Source of the DNA: Octopus bimaculoides
Taxonomy: Eukaryota
Assembly (NCBI RefSeq): GCF_001194135.2
Contig: NC_068986.1
Location: 74,435,493-74,499,492, forward strand
DNA length: 64,000 bases
Direction of reading: 5' to 3'
The notes beneath the pieces were generated by a model. It did no database searches and was not told the DNA's origin. It was given only the letters and a program-made list of their open reading frames with translations. Shown here one piece after another: positions 37,285 through 51,429 of the stretch. Numbering within the stretch: position 1 is the first letter of the stretch; every line of letters begins with the position of its first letter. The position numbers and the translations under genes were made by a program.

Positions 37285-37741
37285 TAATAGTCTTTCTTAC
37301 CACAGGAACAAGACGTAAAATTTGGGGGGTGGCAGTCAATAAGATCAATCCTAGTACGCAACTGGTACTTAATTTATTGACCCCAAAATGATGAAAGACA
37401 AAGTCAAACCCAGCGGAATGTGAACTCAAACAAAATGCCGCTAAGCATTTCACCCAACGTGTTATACTACTACTACTACTACTACTACTACTAATAATAA
37501 TAATAATAATAATAATGATAATAATAATTTCTACTATAAGCACTAGGCCTGAAATTTCGGGGAAAGGGACTAGTCAATCACACTGACCCCATTGTATCAA
37601 TGGTACTTAATTTATTGACTGACTCCAAAACAATGAAAGGCAAACTCAACCTTGGTGGAATTGAACTCAGAACATAAAGACTGACGAAATGTGGCTAAGC
37701 ATTTTGCCCAGCATGCTAATGATTCTGCCAGCTCACTGCCC

Positions 37742-37793
<52 letters not shown>

Positions 37794-38319
37794 CTTTATT
37801 TTTGCATCATCATCATCAGCATCATTGTTTAACATCTGTTTTCCATGCTGTTATGGGCTGGATGGTTTGACTGAAGACTGGCAAGCCAGTAGGATACACC
37901 AGGTTCCAATCTGATCTGGCAAAGTTTCTACAGCTGGATGCCTTTCCTAATGCCAACCACTCCAAGAGTGTAGTGTGTGCTTTTTATGTGCCACTGGTAT
38001 GGGAGCCAGTTAGGCAGAACTGGCATTGGCAACATTCAGATGTGTCACCAGCACAGGAGCCAGTCAGGGGGCACTGGCTTCGACCACATTCAGAAGGTGT
38101 TTTTTACATGCCTCCGCCACAGGAGCCAGTCGGGAGGCACTGGCATCAACCACGTTTGGATGGTGCTTTTTAGTAATTTCAAGGGGAGTTGGAAGTTTAT
38201 TACATCAACCACAGGGTTTGACTGATTACTCATTTTACTATCCCTGAATGGCAGTTGACCTCACAAGAATTTGAACTCAGGTCACAAAGACAGACAAAGT
38301 GCTGCTAAATCTTTAGGTC

Positions 38320-38676
38320 ATTGTGATAATGATAATGATGGTGGCAATGGTGGTGCTGGTGGTGACGGCAGTGATGGTTATGGTGGTGATGGTTGTAGTG
38401 GTGGTGGTGACTATGGCAACAGTGGTGGTGGTGGTGGTGGTGACCACAGTGGTGTTGGTAGTGGTGGTGACCAAAGCAATGCTGGTGGTGGTGAGGGCAG
38501 CAAAGGTAGCAGTGTTTGACAGCAGTGATTGTGATAGTGGGGATTGTGGCAATTGTGTTGGTGATGGTGATAGATGGTGATGGTGGTAGTGGCAACAGTG
38601 GTGTTGGTGGTGGTGAAGGTGAGGGTGACAATAGTGGTGATGGCAGGTAGTGATGGTGCTAGTGGCAACAGTGGTG
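38320..38676. repeat. Degenerate (GGT/GAT)n repeat running into an N-gap
   Basis: Directly visible. Confidence 0.9.
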
Positions 38677-39162
38677 NNNNNNNNNNNNNNNNNNNNNNNN
38701 NNNNNNNNNNNNNNNNNNNNNNNNNNNNNNNNNNNNNNNNNNNNNNNNNNNNNNNNNNNNNNNNNNNNNNNNNNNNNNNNNNNNNNNNNNNNNNNNNNNN
38801 NNNNNNNNNNNNNNNNNNNNNNNNNNNNNNNNNNNNNNNNNNNNNNNNNNNNNNNNNNNNNNNNNNNNNNNNNNNNNNNNNNNNNNNNNNNNNNNNNNNN
38901 NNNNNNNNNNNNNNNNNNNNNNNNNNNNNNNNNNNNNNNNNNNNNNNNNNNNNNNNNNNNNNNNNNNNNNNNNNNNNNNNNNNNNNNNNNNNNNNNNNNN
39001 NNNNNNNNNNNNNNNNNNNNNNNNNNNNNNNNNNNNNNNNNNNNNNNNNNNNNNNNNNNNNNNNNNNNNNNNNNNNNGGGGGGATTTCCTACATAAAATG
39101 AGAGCTTGATTTCTAAGTGACTTAAATACTACTAATCAACTAATCATTTCAAGTTTAATTAA

Positions 39163-39417
<255 letters not shown>

Positions 39418-39899
39418 TAGCAAAATGGACAGTTAACTCATGTTTTTATAATATCATTATTGATACAGGCACAGGAGTGGCTGTGTGGTAAGAAGCTTGC
39501 TTCGCAACCACATGGTTCCAGGTACAGTTGTAATGTGTGGCACGTTGAGCAAGTGTTTTCTACTATATAGCATCAGGCTAACCAAAGCCTTGTGAGTGGA
39601 TTTGGTAGACAGAAACTGAAAGAACCTTGTCGTGTGTGTGTGTGTGTGTGTGTCTTTGGGCTCCCTCCACCACTTGATAACCAGTGTTGGTGTGTTTACG
39701 TCCCTGTAACTTTGCAATTCTGCAAAACTGATCAATAGAATGAATACCTGGCTTAAAAAACCCTACAAGTACTGGGGTTGGTTCATTCAACTAGGCAGTG
39801 CCATTCTTCAAGCTGGTACCCCAAGATGGGCACAGTCTAATAACTGAAACAAGTAAAAGATAAAAGATTAAGATATCATGTATATGTGTGCCTTTACTC

Positions 39900-40110
39900 T
39901 TTTTTTTTTTTTACTCTTTTTACTTGTTTCAGTCATTTGACTGCAGCCATGCTGGAGCACCGCCTTTGTAGTCGAGAAATTCAACCCCAGGACTTATTCT
40001 TTGTAAGCCTAGTACTTATTCTATCGGTCTCTTTTTGCCGAACCGCTAAGTTACGGGGATGTAAACACACCAGCATCGGTTCTCAAGCAATGCTAGGGGG
40101 ACAAACACAA

Positions 40111-40188
<78 letters not shown>

Positions 40189-40366
40189 ATATATACATAT
40201 ATACGACAGGCTTCTTTCAGTTTCCGTCTACCAAATCCACTCACAAGACTTTGGTCGGCCCGAGGCTACAGTAGAAGACACTTGCCCAAGGTGCCACACA
40301 GTGGGACTGAACCCGGAACCATGTGGTTGGTAAGCAACCTACTTACCTCACAGCCACTCCTGCGCC
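39900..40366 (-). mobile_element. SINE family A copy (an opposite-orientation copy lies at 39470-39860)
   Basis: Reverse complement of the family A consensus. Confidence 0.85.
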
Positions 40367-40559
40367 TGTTGGCTTTTAACTTTGAACTTGGCCATAATGT
40401 AATATTATCAGTTGTTGCCGTTGGTGCTGCTGTTACCGCCATTGCCATCATTTTTTGTTCATATGATTCTCAATGATTCTTTAGCTATGGCCCCTTTGAT
40501 TCCTATTTTACTCAGATGAACCCTTCATAGCCATTCGATGTTTAAAAAAATCTTATTAT

Positions 40560-41094
40560 CATCATCATCATTTAGTGTTTTCTTTCCATGCTGGCATGGG
40601 TTGGACAGTTTGATATGGAGCTGACAAGCAGAGAACTGTCCAGACTCCAATTGTCTGTTGAGGGGCGGTTTCTATGGCTGGATGCCCTTCCTAATGCCAA
40701 CCACTTAACAAAATGCGCTAGGTGCTTTTTACAATGCCACCAGCACAAGTACTTCTACGTAGCACCAGCACAAGTGTATTAACCCAGCACTGGCACAAGG
40801 GCTTTTTAAGTGACACCAGCACCCAAAGGACAAGCCCGTATGCATTGAAGGCAGTGGTTTTACTTACCTTGATGTATCTTATCAAGAACAGCAAATCGCC
40901 ACATCTCTTGGTCGCCTGTCATCTCCTCAGTGAGGCTCAGCATCCAAAGATCTTTTCTTGCAACTTTGTCTCGCATCTTCCTGGGTCTACCCCTTCCACA
41001 GGTATACTCCACAATTAGAGCTCAGCACTTCTTTATGCAGCTGTCCTCGTGCATACACATCACATGACCAAATCAGCACAGTCTCCTCTCTTGC
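40560..41094 (-). mobile_element. RTE LINE 3' end: ORF2 terminus + 3' UTR
   Basis: The minus strand reads QERRLC*FGHVMCMHEDSCIKKC...GRGRPRKMRDKVARKDL...WRFAVLDK, followed by the same UTR and a (GAT)n tail. Confidence 0.8.
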
Positions 41095-41104
41095 NNNNNN
41101 NNNN

Positions 41105-41150
<46 letters not shown>

Positions 41151-42726
41151 GACTGAAAGTTTTGGAGAAGCCAGCAAGTTCACTGCACTCAATGTGTTGC
41201 ATTCCAGTGTATTCTGTAATTGTATTGTACATACAATGTTTGATTGAGGGGAAGCACAAAATGGTAAATTGGAACAATTTGTAATGTAGTTTGCAGTTTT
41301 TGTGTGATTTAACATTTAAAGAAATTACTGCTAATTATAACAGGCTCAATCTAGATAGAACAGTCTGGCTGGCTGGCTGCATGGTAGATTAGCTTCTTAC
41401 AAGCTAATTAAATGCAGTTAGCAACTTAAAATGAAGTTTAAGCTAAAGTTTAAAGGAAAATAGATTTTTACAGTTGTTTTGGTATGTGTGTTTTGGGTTT
41501 AACTGGACATTTAAATAATTGTGTTGTTAAACTGGCCATCTTAATAGTATTGTTAACTGGACGTACTAATCATCATCATCATCATCATCCTCATCACCAT
41601 GTTCATCACCATCATCATCACCATTATCATCTCATCATCTTCATCATCATCATCATCATTGCTATCGTCATCATTTTCATTATCATCATCATCATCATCA
41701 ACATCATCATCATCAACATCAGCATCATTCTTCCCAACCACATGANNNNNNNNNNNNNNNNNNNNNNNNNNNNNNNNNNNNNNNNNNNNNNNNNNNNNNN
41801 NNNNNNNNNNNNNNNNNNNNNNNNNNNNNNNNNNNNNNNNNNNNNNNNNNNNNNNNNNNNNNNNNNNNNNNNNNNNNNNNNNNNNNNNNNNNNNNNNNNN
41901 NNNNNNNNNNNNNNNNNNNNNNNNNNNNNNNNNNNNNNNNNNNNNNNNNNNNNNNNNNNNNNNNNNNNNNNNNNNNNNNNNNNNNNNNNNNNNNNNNNNN
42001 NNNNNNNNNNNNNNNNNNNNNNNNNNNNNNNNNNNNNNNNNNNNNNNNNNNNNNNNNNNNNNNNNNNNNNNNNNNNNNNNNNNNNNNNNNNNNNNNNNNN
42101 NNNNNNNNNNNNNNNNNNNNNNNNNNNNNNNNNNNNNNNNNNNNNNNNNNNNNNNNNNNNNNNNNNNNNNNNNNNNNNNNNNNNNNNNNNNNNNNNNNNN
42201 NNNNNNNNNNNNNNNNNNNNNNNNNNNNNNNNNNNNNNNNNNNNNNNNNNNNNNNNNNNNNNNNNNNNNNNNNNNNNNNNNNNNNNNNNNNNNNNNNNNN
42301 NNNNNNNNNNNNNNNNNNNNNNNNNNNNNNNNNNNNNNNNNNNNNNNNNNNNNNNNNNNNNNNNNNNNNNNNNNNNNNNNNNNNNNNNNNNNNNNNNNNN
42401 NNNNNNNNNNNNNNNNNNNNNNNNNNNNNNNNNNNNNNNNNNNNNNNNNNNNNNNNNNNNNNNNNNNNNNNNNNNNNNNNNNNNNNNNNNTACTATAGCC
42501 TTGGGCCAACCAAAGCCTTGTGAGTGGATTTGGTAGAAGGAAACTGAAAGAAGCCTGTCATATATCATCATCATCATCATCGTTTAACGTCCGCTTTCCA
42601 TGCTAGCATGGGTTGGACGACTTGACTGAGGACTGGTGAAACCGGATGGCAACACCAGGCTCCAATCTAAATTTGGCAGAGTTTCTACAGCTGGATGCTC
42701 TTCCTAACGCCAACCACTCAGAGAGT

Positions 42727-42762
<36 letters not shown>

Positions 42763-43309
42763 ATATGTTTGTGTGTCTGTGTTTGTCCCCCCCAACATCG
42801 CTTGACAACCGATGCTTGTGTGTTTACATCCACGTAACTTAGTGGTTTGGCAAAAGAGACCAATAGAATAAGTATTAGACATTCAAAGAATAAGTCCTGG
42901 GGTCGATTTGCTCGACTAAAGGCAGTGCTCCAGCATGACCGCAGTCAAATGACTGAAACAAGTAAAAGAGTAAAAGAGTTTATTATATGGGGATATCTAT
43001 AATTTACTTTTTATTGAACAAAACCTCATTTGGTAGATGACTTGCAGGCTAGGATGAGCTTCTTTCAATTTCTGTCTGCCAAATCCACTTGTGTGGCTTT
43101 GGTCAGCCTGAGGCTATAGGAGAAGACACTTGCTCAAGATGCCATGTAGTGGGACTGAACCCAGTACCATGTGGTTGGGAAGAATGATGCTGATGTTGAT
43201 GATGATGATGATGATGATGATGATAATGAAAATGATGACGATAGCAATGATGATGATGACGATGAAGATGATGAGATGATAATGGTGATGATGATGGTGA
43301 TGAACATGC

Positions 43310-43341
<32 letters not shown>

Positions 43342-44409
43342 AGTACGTCCAGTTAACAATACTATTAAGATGGCCAGTTTAGCAACACAATTATTTAAAT
43401 GTCCAGTTAAACCCAAAACACACATACCAAAACAACTGTAAAAATCTATTTTCCTTTTTTTGTGGCACCAGTACTAGAGCAGATTCATGTCGCCTCCACC
43501 TTACACTTTGGCCCCAAAACTACAGAGACAGTCATGTCCCCAGCTCAACACAACTAAATGGGTCCTTTTAATGCCACATCTGCTTGCTCACCAAACTCAT
43601 TAGAGACCAAGAAACACAATAGTAAAATTGACTTTAAAATATTTAATGTTATTAACCTGAGAAATTTTAGCTCAATAAAATTACATCTTTAATTATCATC
43701 ATCATCATCCTCATCATTTAATTTTAATATTCATTTTCCCATGCTTGCATGTGTTGAATTGAGTTTGAGACAGATTTTTCTATGGCTGGATGCCCTGATA
43801 AGGCCAGACATGTTCTCACAGAATATTTGAAATGAATGACAGTGATAACTATTTTACCACTATCATGCTGTATGAAGACAAGGAAACACACACACACACA
43901 TCACACGCACATGCATACATACACACACACATGCATACACACACACACACACGTGTGTGTGTGTGTGTGTGTGCATGTATTATGGACTTCTTTCAGTTTC
44001 TGTCTACCAAATCCACTCATGGCTTTCATCAGCCCATGGCTATTACAGAAAAATTTTGTCCAAAGTGCCACACAGTGGGACTGAACCCAACACTATGTGG
44101 TTGGGAAACAAACTTCTTACCACACAGCTATACCCGTGCTTTAATGATGATATGAAATCTAAATGAGTAAATCTTGTCATAATAGGCAAGGGAGATAACT
44201 CTGAAATTTAAGCTAAAAGTTAATTGAATATTGAATTCAGTGGAGAGTGAATCTAATTCATATTAACTATGTTTCTTATTTAATGCTATAAAATCAATTA
44301 GTAATTATGTCAAAGGAAATGTTTACTAGTTTTTATTCCATTCAAATGTTTTTGTTTTGTAGTTTAAAGGCAGGGACCAAAACCAGTTTTGGATTGCTGT
44401 TCAAGAAGA

Positions 44410-44800
44410 AGGCATATCTCTACTGGATCATACTTCATTGGTAAGTTACAACATATCTCTACTGAGTCATACTACAGCTTTGACATATTTTTATGGGATC
44501 ATATTTCATTGGTAAGTTATACCACATCTCAACTGGATCATACTTTAGTTATGACAGATTTCTGCTGGAACATAATTTAGTTATGACATTTGACCTGTAT
44601 CTTATTTCAGTTAGGACGTATCTGTGTTGAATCATACAGTTATGACATATCTCTATATGATTCATATCCCTATCAGATCATTCTCCAGCTGTGACATATC
44701 TTTTATCACAGAGGTTTAACTTCCGTTATGACATATCTCAATTGTATCCTACTTCAGTTATGACATATCTATTGGGTCATACTTCATTGGTAAAACATCC
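44410..44800. repeat. Degenerate minisatellite, unit about 30 bp
   Basis: Recurring gttatgacatatctctactggatcatacttca-like unit, about 12 copies. Confidence 0.75.
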
Positions 44801-45078
44801 TTTAATGACAACACATACCCAATTTGATGTTGTTTAGTATAGTCATCAAATTGAAGATTATGACATACTCTGCTTTATATAAATGTTACATTCTGAAAAT
44901 CTTATTGCAATGTGGCATTCTGAACCACAAAATGTATTTCCTATTGACTTCCATGTTCATTAACTTCCAATGAAATCTATGGAAGCCAGGCTTCATATCA
45001 TGGAATTCCACATTATAGCAACATTTTCAGGAATACAACACCTTTATAACTTGAGGTTTGCCTCTCAGCGCACACATG

Positions 45079-45137
<59 letters not shown>

Positions 45138-45191
45138 GAACTTGTTAAAAATAAAATGTATATATTATTTTGGTCCTCATTGCTTCATGTG

Positions 45192-45380
45192 CTTGGGGAT
45201 GATAAAAAGTTCCTGGCTTTGGGTAAAGGAAAATAAAGAAAGATCAGTTAATTATGATTTTAATCAACATATTCCCCTCTCAGATTAACACACTTATTGC
45301 AGTAGTTCTTCAGTTTTTCTAAGACCTGTAAAAGAACTTGGAAATTTGGGCCTCCAACCAGACTTTTTGTGATACTCTTG
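45192..45380 (-). mobile_element. Truncated mariner end fragment (irritans/Hsmar2-like terminus)
   Basis: Terminus ggggatgataaaaagttcc. The minus strand reads LEKLKNYCNKCVNLRGEYVD*, a typical mariner C-terminus. Confidence 0.6.
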
Positions 45381-45922
45381 TGCCATCAGTAATTGCTCAG
45401 GGTAGGCAGTTGGTGATATTTATGTAGTAAAAGACGAAAAAAAAAATATGCTAAACATAGACCTGTGACTGATTTGAAGGCAGATTTACTTCTGCTTTTA
45501 TAGCATGTATAGAAAACGTTGTTGCAAGAATGTATGCAGCACGTGTACTACAGCAGTACTATGTGTAGCTTTAATACTGAGATTGAAAAGCAGGGGCGAA
45601 TTACGCTTACCTAATCTACAAAAATATAAAATATTTTGTATTTTATGCATAGTAATCAGAGTAACCTTCATAATTTTATTGAATTTGATGCATATTTTGC
45701 TATAGAAGGTACTATCGGTCTATTTTATTCAGGGTAAGCACTGTCTCCCTTGTCTACCCAGGCGGCACATCCCTGATATATATNNNNNNNNNNNNNNNNN
45801 NNNNNNNNNNNNNNNNNNNNNNNNNNNNNNNNNNNNNNNNNNNNNNNNNNNNNNNNNNNNNNNNNNNNNNNNNNNNNNNNNNNNNNNNNNATATATATGT
45901 ATATATACATATACAAGCATGC

Positions 45923-45953
<31 letters not shown>

Positions 45954-46197
45954 TGTATGTATCATTAGCTATATAAAAGCATCACCATCACAAATATCAT
46001 GTAACATCTGCTTTCCATGCTGGCATGAGTTGGGTGATTTTACAGGATCCAAGGCTGCATTGAGGTCCAATGTCAGCACACACACACACACACATGCGCA
46101 CGCACGCACGCATATATATATATATATTCGCGCGTGAGTCATCTAAGAGTCCATAAGTCAGGGAAAGATGCACTCGTATATCTGTCAACAGAGTGGG

Positions 46198-46460
46198 TAT
46201 ATTATCCGAAATGTACAGTATTATATATCCATTATGGCAGATCTTACTAACCGTTTCATGCTAGGAATACAATAGAGTGTTAGGTAACAATCCAATTATG
46301 TGACAACCACTTCCTATTCTTTTCCATATCAACTAACTCTGATGAGTGTAAGGTTATATAATCAGATTCTTACCTAACACTCCCTTATATTCCCAGCGTG
46401 AAACCAATTGTTAAGATCAGCCATAATGGATATATAATACTGTACATTTCAGATAATATA
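46198..46460. mobile_element. Foldback MITE with about 105-bp terminal inverted repeats
   Basis: tatattatccgaaatgtacagtattatatatccattatggc... at 46198 is the reverse complement of ...gccataatggatatataatactgtacatttcagataatata ending at 46460. The arms align for about 105 bp, and both ends carry TA. Confidence 0.85.
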
Positions 46461-46610
46461 TATATTTTAAACATTTTGATTCAGTTTCATGCAACTTAAA
46501 GTTTCACAGGCCTCTAACAGTAGCCCATCTCTTTCAGCTTTAGATTACTGATTTGTGTTAATTTCATACCTTTCTTTGCTGTATTATGTGGGTTTTTTTT
46601 TCTTTTTTGC

Positions 46611-46680
46611 ATCATTGATCTTCTATATAAATTTATCATTGATCTTCTATATAAATTTATCATTGATCTTCTATATAAAT
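46611..46680. repeat. 24-bp tandem repeat x2.9
   Basis: atcattgatcttctatataaattt repeated exactly. Confidence 0.95.
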
Positions 46681-46915
46681 CAAGCTATATCCTTTAATTT
46701 GCTGCTTTTCTTTACACAAACTGAGGAGATACCTTGCAGACCTGTTACTTTATCACCTGAAGAGACACATCTACACTGATGGATGCTCCTGAACCAGTTG
46801 TTCAGTATCCCACCCATGAGTGATCAATGCTAGATGAATCAAAACAACTGTAGTGATTAATAAAACTTATCTTCCATCTTACATCTCCCCCATTAACCAA
46901 AAATATATATATATA

Positions 46916-47137
46916 TTGGATTGGTGCATAATTATTTCAGCTTTTTTCTAACAAATTTTATTCAATAAAAGCAATAACAACATATAACAAAAACATCTGG
47001 AGCATATTCATCATCTACTTCAATTACTACTTCCCATTTGCTTGGCAGACAGTCAGACTGTCATTTAAAGATGTTTTTGATAAATATTGTCATTGTTTTC
47101 ATTGAAAAAAAGTCACAATCATTATGCACCAACACAA
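46916..47137 (-). mobile_element. Internally deleted mariner (MITE-like, 222 bp)
   Basis: TIRs ttggattggtgcataat / attatgcaccaacacaa, each flanked by TA. The minus strand retains a transposase C-terminus (LPSKWEVVIEVDDEYAPD). Confidence 0.8.
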
Positions 47138-47150
47138 TATATATATAAAC

Positions 47151-47205
<55 letters not shown>

Positions 47206-48848
47206 TGTGTATGTATAAGAATGTGTATACATGTATGCGTGTATGTATAAGAATATATTTTTATATATAGACAGACAGATAGATAGATAGATAGATAAAT
47301 ATATATATAGACAGATAATATATGTATAAGAACATATATGTATATATATATATATATATATTGGTATGTATAAGAATTTATATGAATATATGTATCTCTG
47401 TATAAATATATGTGTGTGTGAGAGAGAGAAAGGGAGACAGACAGATAGCAGCTGGGGAAAGAAGAGAAAGAAAGAGAATATAAAAGGCAGCTGCTTCTTG
47501 AGAAGCATAGTAATTAATAATTAAGGAGAGAAAGGAACGTGGAAGAAGTTGCTTCCATGAAGGAATTGTCTCAAACGATGTTAAAAAAATGTTTAGGGGC
47601 AGATAACTTGAGAGAGATAAACAGAAAGATAGTTATTGAGAAGGAGAACCGAGGCCATAAGTTACAGCTGTTAGATAAAGATTTATTATTGTCATGTATA
47701 ATCTATGGATGCTCTGAGATTTCATAGCTTGCTTGCTTTTTAAGCAATTATCTGTTTATTTGAAACTAAACTAGCAATCATTAATTAAGCTAGGGTGTGT
47801 CATCATTGTCTTTAACACAATCATTAATTAAACCAATAGATGTCATCACATATATATTGTTTGTTTCTCATATTTTACCAGACTTTGTGATTTCTTTCTG
47901 TTGTTATTCATGATCACTACTGTACGTCCATTTTGGCATGGGTTGGACAATTTGACAGAAACTGATAATCCAGAAAACTGTGCCAAGCTGCTTTGGTATA
48001 GCTTCTACAGCTGGATACTTTCCCTAATGCTAACCATTTTACAGAATGTACTGAGTGCTTTTTACAATGGCACTGACACTTGTACTGGCACAAGTGTGGT
48101 CACAAAATATGTTGTAGGCCATGACATTTCAACTGAGGGTAAGGTGTTGTTTTGAGAGAGGTGGCTTTGAGCCAGATGAAGAGAAAGAGACAGAAATAGG
48201 TGTCTTCCTGTAGAGAAGGAGGTGGGAAACATGTGTCAGGGTGTTATTTATATTTGTACTAAATAAAGGGTAAAGGGTGAAGACCCCCTTTGTTCATGAA
48301 TGACCATGGTATTGCCCCTAGAAAGTTCCCCTCCGAGGCACAAGTCCAGGTAAGGTTGTTTATGGAAGACCAGCAGTCACCCATGCATATCAGTCTCCCC
48401 TCTCCATGCCATTGATGACACACAAACATTATATATATATATGGGCTTCTTTCAGTTACCATCTACCAAATCCATTCACAAGGCTTTGGTCAGCCTGAAG
48501 CTATAGTATGGTGCCTAAGGTGCCACACAGTGGGACTGAACTCAGAACCTTGTGGTTGGTAAGAAAGCTACTTACCACCCAGGCACTCCTGCGCTTATAT
48601 CTATTTGCAACAAAAGCCTCCCAAAACCCTAAATTGAGTATTACTCTAGCATACCCAGACTACCAATGAAGACACTCAAGCTATATCAATATGTATATAT
48701 GTAGTAATCCTTTCTACTGAAATTTGGCAGAGGGGAATAGTCAATTACATCAAGCCCATTATTCAACTGGTACTTATTCTATCAACCCTGAAAGGATGAA
48801 AGGCAAAGTTGATCTCAGTAGAAATATATATCTTAATAGATAAAACAG

Positions 48849-48881
<33 letters not shown>

Positions 48882-50180
48882 CTGTGGGAGAGAGAGAGAG
48901 AGAGAGAGAGAGAGTGTGTGTGTGTGTGTGTATTCCTAATGGATTTGAAAATAGAGTTGTCGATTTTGATATATCAAAAGTTTCAGTAATCTCTCAGCTA
49001 CCAAACAAAATATGTTTTTTGCACAATTCTTTTTTACTACAAAAATAACCTCGAAAATGAGGTTGGGTCGCACAATCTTGAGGTCTTTAGCTAAGGGAGG
49101 CAACTCTACCTGAACAATTTTTATGTCTTACATAGAGCATAATGAGAAAATGTTTAAAATACATGGAGCTTTACCAGGAAATAAAACTTTGAAGATATAC
49201 TGTCAACTTTATTAGTATTATTTAGTAGATAGTCTTTTTATGTGAAGTATGTTTGTCTCTGTTTTGTTTAGCCCAAAGTTGCCTCTGATGTAGCAGACTC
49301 ATTGTATATTTTTTTTTTTTTGTTTTTCTTCCTGAAATACTGTAAACCTTTGTCTTTCTTTTGATGAAAGGGTGTGTTTTAAGAGAGATTTGACTGCTCT
49401 TTCTAGTAATTCAAGTTACCACAGACACACCTCTGTGTGTGTGTTTAGTTGTGGTGAAAAAATGTAATTTTTTTCAGAATATTTTGCACAATAATTTTTA
49501 AAGAAATCTGGACATCTTTCTTACTGCTAACAATTCATCTTCAAATTACACTCGTTAATTGTTGGAAGTCAAGTAGACTGAGATGTACATATAGTGTTAT
49601 CGTATAGAGTGGAAGTTCAAAATGAAGTTTTGAACTAATTATCTTGTGGTTAGTAATCCATTACCTTAAATTTGAAGCCATTAAGTTTTTAAACATTATT
49701 TTACTGGGTTTAGTCTTTTGACTGTCGCCATAATGGGGTATCACCATCAAAAATTTAATTGATCATACTGACCTCAGTACATATTTCAATCTGGCATTTG
49801 TTTTATAAATTTCTGCTTGATGAACTGCTAACTTTGAGACATAGTGGAGCACTACTTGACTTAAAAACAAATGTAAACACACACACACACACACACATAT
49901 TAGGTGCAAGAATGACTGTGTGGTCGAGAAGTTTGCTTCCCAACCATATAGTTCCATGTTTAGTGCCTCTGCATTGTACCTTGTGCAAGTGTTTTCTGCT
50001 GTAGCCCTACCCAACCACAGACTTGTGACTGAATTTGGTAGACAGAAACTGCAGTTGTTCATCAGAAAATGACTGAAAAACATGTTTATAAAGAAGAGTT
50101 GTTTACTTTGTATTCCTTGTGTGCTGATTCTGCCCATAAGAAAGGAACAAATAATACAAAGTGGCTGTAGGTGATAACAA

Positions 50181-50207
50181 CCAGGCAATGCCGGGGTGCA
50201 TTGCTAG
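50181..50207 (+). mobile_element. Probable Helitron 3' terminus
   Basis: GC hairpin ccaggc-aat-gccggg (one mismatch), 8 nt, then CTAG followed by T. Confidence 0.5.
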
Positions 50208-51081
50208 TATGTAATAATACAAACAACAACAAAAAAACTATCATAAATCAGGAACCCTTTATCAAATTCAACCTTAAAAGAATGAAGGACAACTCAGGAC
50301 AATGCGACCCCAAGTTGTAAAATATTCACAGGCAACAAGCATATCAGATGTATTATTCCATCAACAGCTGCCTAATGGATATCACTATGGTTTTGACACC
50401 CGAGAAGTACTATTTAGTCTGACAGTGTCGACAGTGTTAGAAGCATAAACACTGCCGGGGAACTAACAGAAAAGTAGCAGGAGTGAAACATAAATGTAAT
50501 ATGTCCATTAGACTTACATCTGCTTATTATTACAAATGCAAACATTAATTACTAACAAAATTGTATCAAACCTATAGCTACAAAGCATAGAATTTTTTTT
50601 TTTAAAGTACCTATAAAACATGGAAATATCTCCAAAAGAACAAAACGGAATTAGTGAACAAAATACATTAATTTACTGAACCACCAATACATAACATGGA
50701 AAATAATAATAACAAGCTAAGGAATACCTAACCAAGAACTTCAAACATATAAATTAATTAATGAACATAGACCAATAGACATATGCTGTTCCACACTCTA
50801 TAACATATTCCAAACATGAAAACACACTTAAAATAAATCAAATGTAAACTAGTGGAATAATATACCCCTTTAACCATCATGCTTCAATCATCCCCATACC
50901 ATGTAACATGAGAATAAACTAACATAGATCAATATCTATAAAATATAGATCTAATTATAAAAAATAAATTAACTGAATACATTTCTTATTTAAAAAAAAT
51001 ACAACTTATAATAAATATAGAGTAATATATAGTAGATATGACAAAAAACATGAAAATGACAACAAATTACTTACATTATTA

Positions 51082-51429
51082 GGTAAAAGTAAAGGTAAAG
51101 ACCCTCTTGGGTCATGAATGACCATGGGATTGCACCTAGAAAGTTCCCCTCCGAGGCACAAGTCTGGGCAAGGTTGTTTATGGAAGACCAGCAGTTGCCC
51201 ATGCCAGCTTCCCTTTTCCATGCCACCAAAGTTACCTAAACGAAAGGCAAAGGCTGATAAAGTTTGGCTCCAGTGACATTGCAACTCATTTCTACAGCTG
51301 AGTGAACTAGATCAATGTGAAATAAAGTGTCTTGCTCAAGAACGCAACACACAACCCGCTCCTGGAATCGAACAGACTACCCTATGACTGTGAGCCCGAT
51401 ACTCTAACTCCTGCACTATGCACCTTCAC
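51082..51429 (-). mobile_element. tRNA-derived SINE family D with a CORE-like block and (TTTACC)n tail; partial copy at 48260-48418
   Basis: Head gtgaaggtgc..gttcgattcc, central cttgagcaagacactt...cagctgtagaaatgag, and an 11-bp TSD ttacat(t/a)atta with one mismatch. Confidence 0.75.

Noticed and set aside
45706-45733. 28-nt AG..GTAAGC candidate exon
   Set aside because: It is not frame-preserving and the peptide (KVLSVYFIQ) does not resemble the expected next PLEKHH exon.
50700-50830. INEHR-containing frame suggestive of a second GIY-YIG remnant
   Set aside because: Too decayed and A-rich to support without an HMM search.
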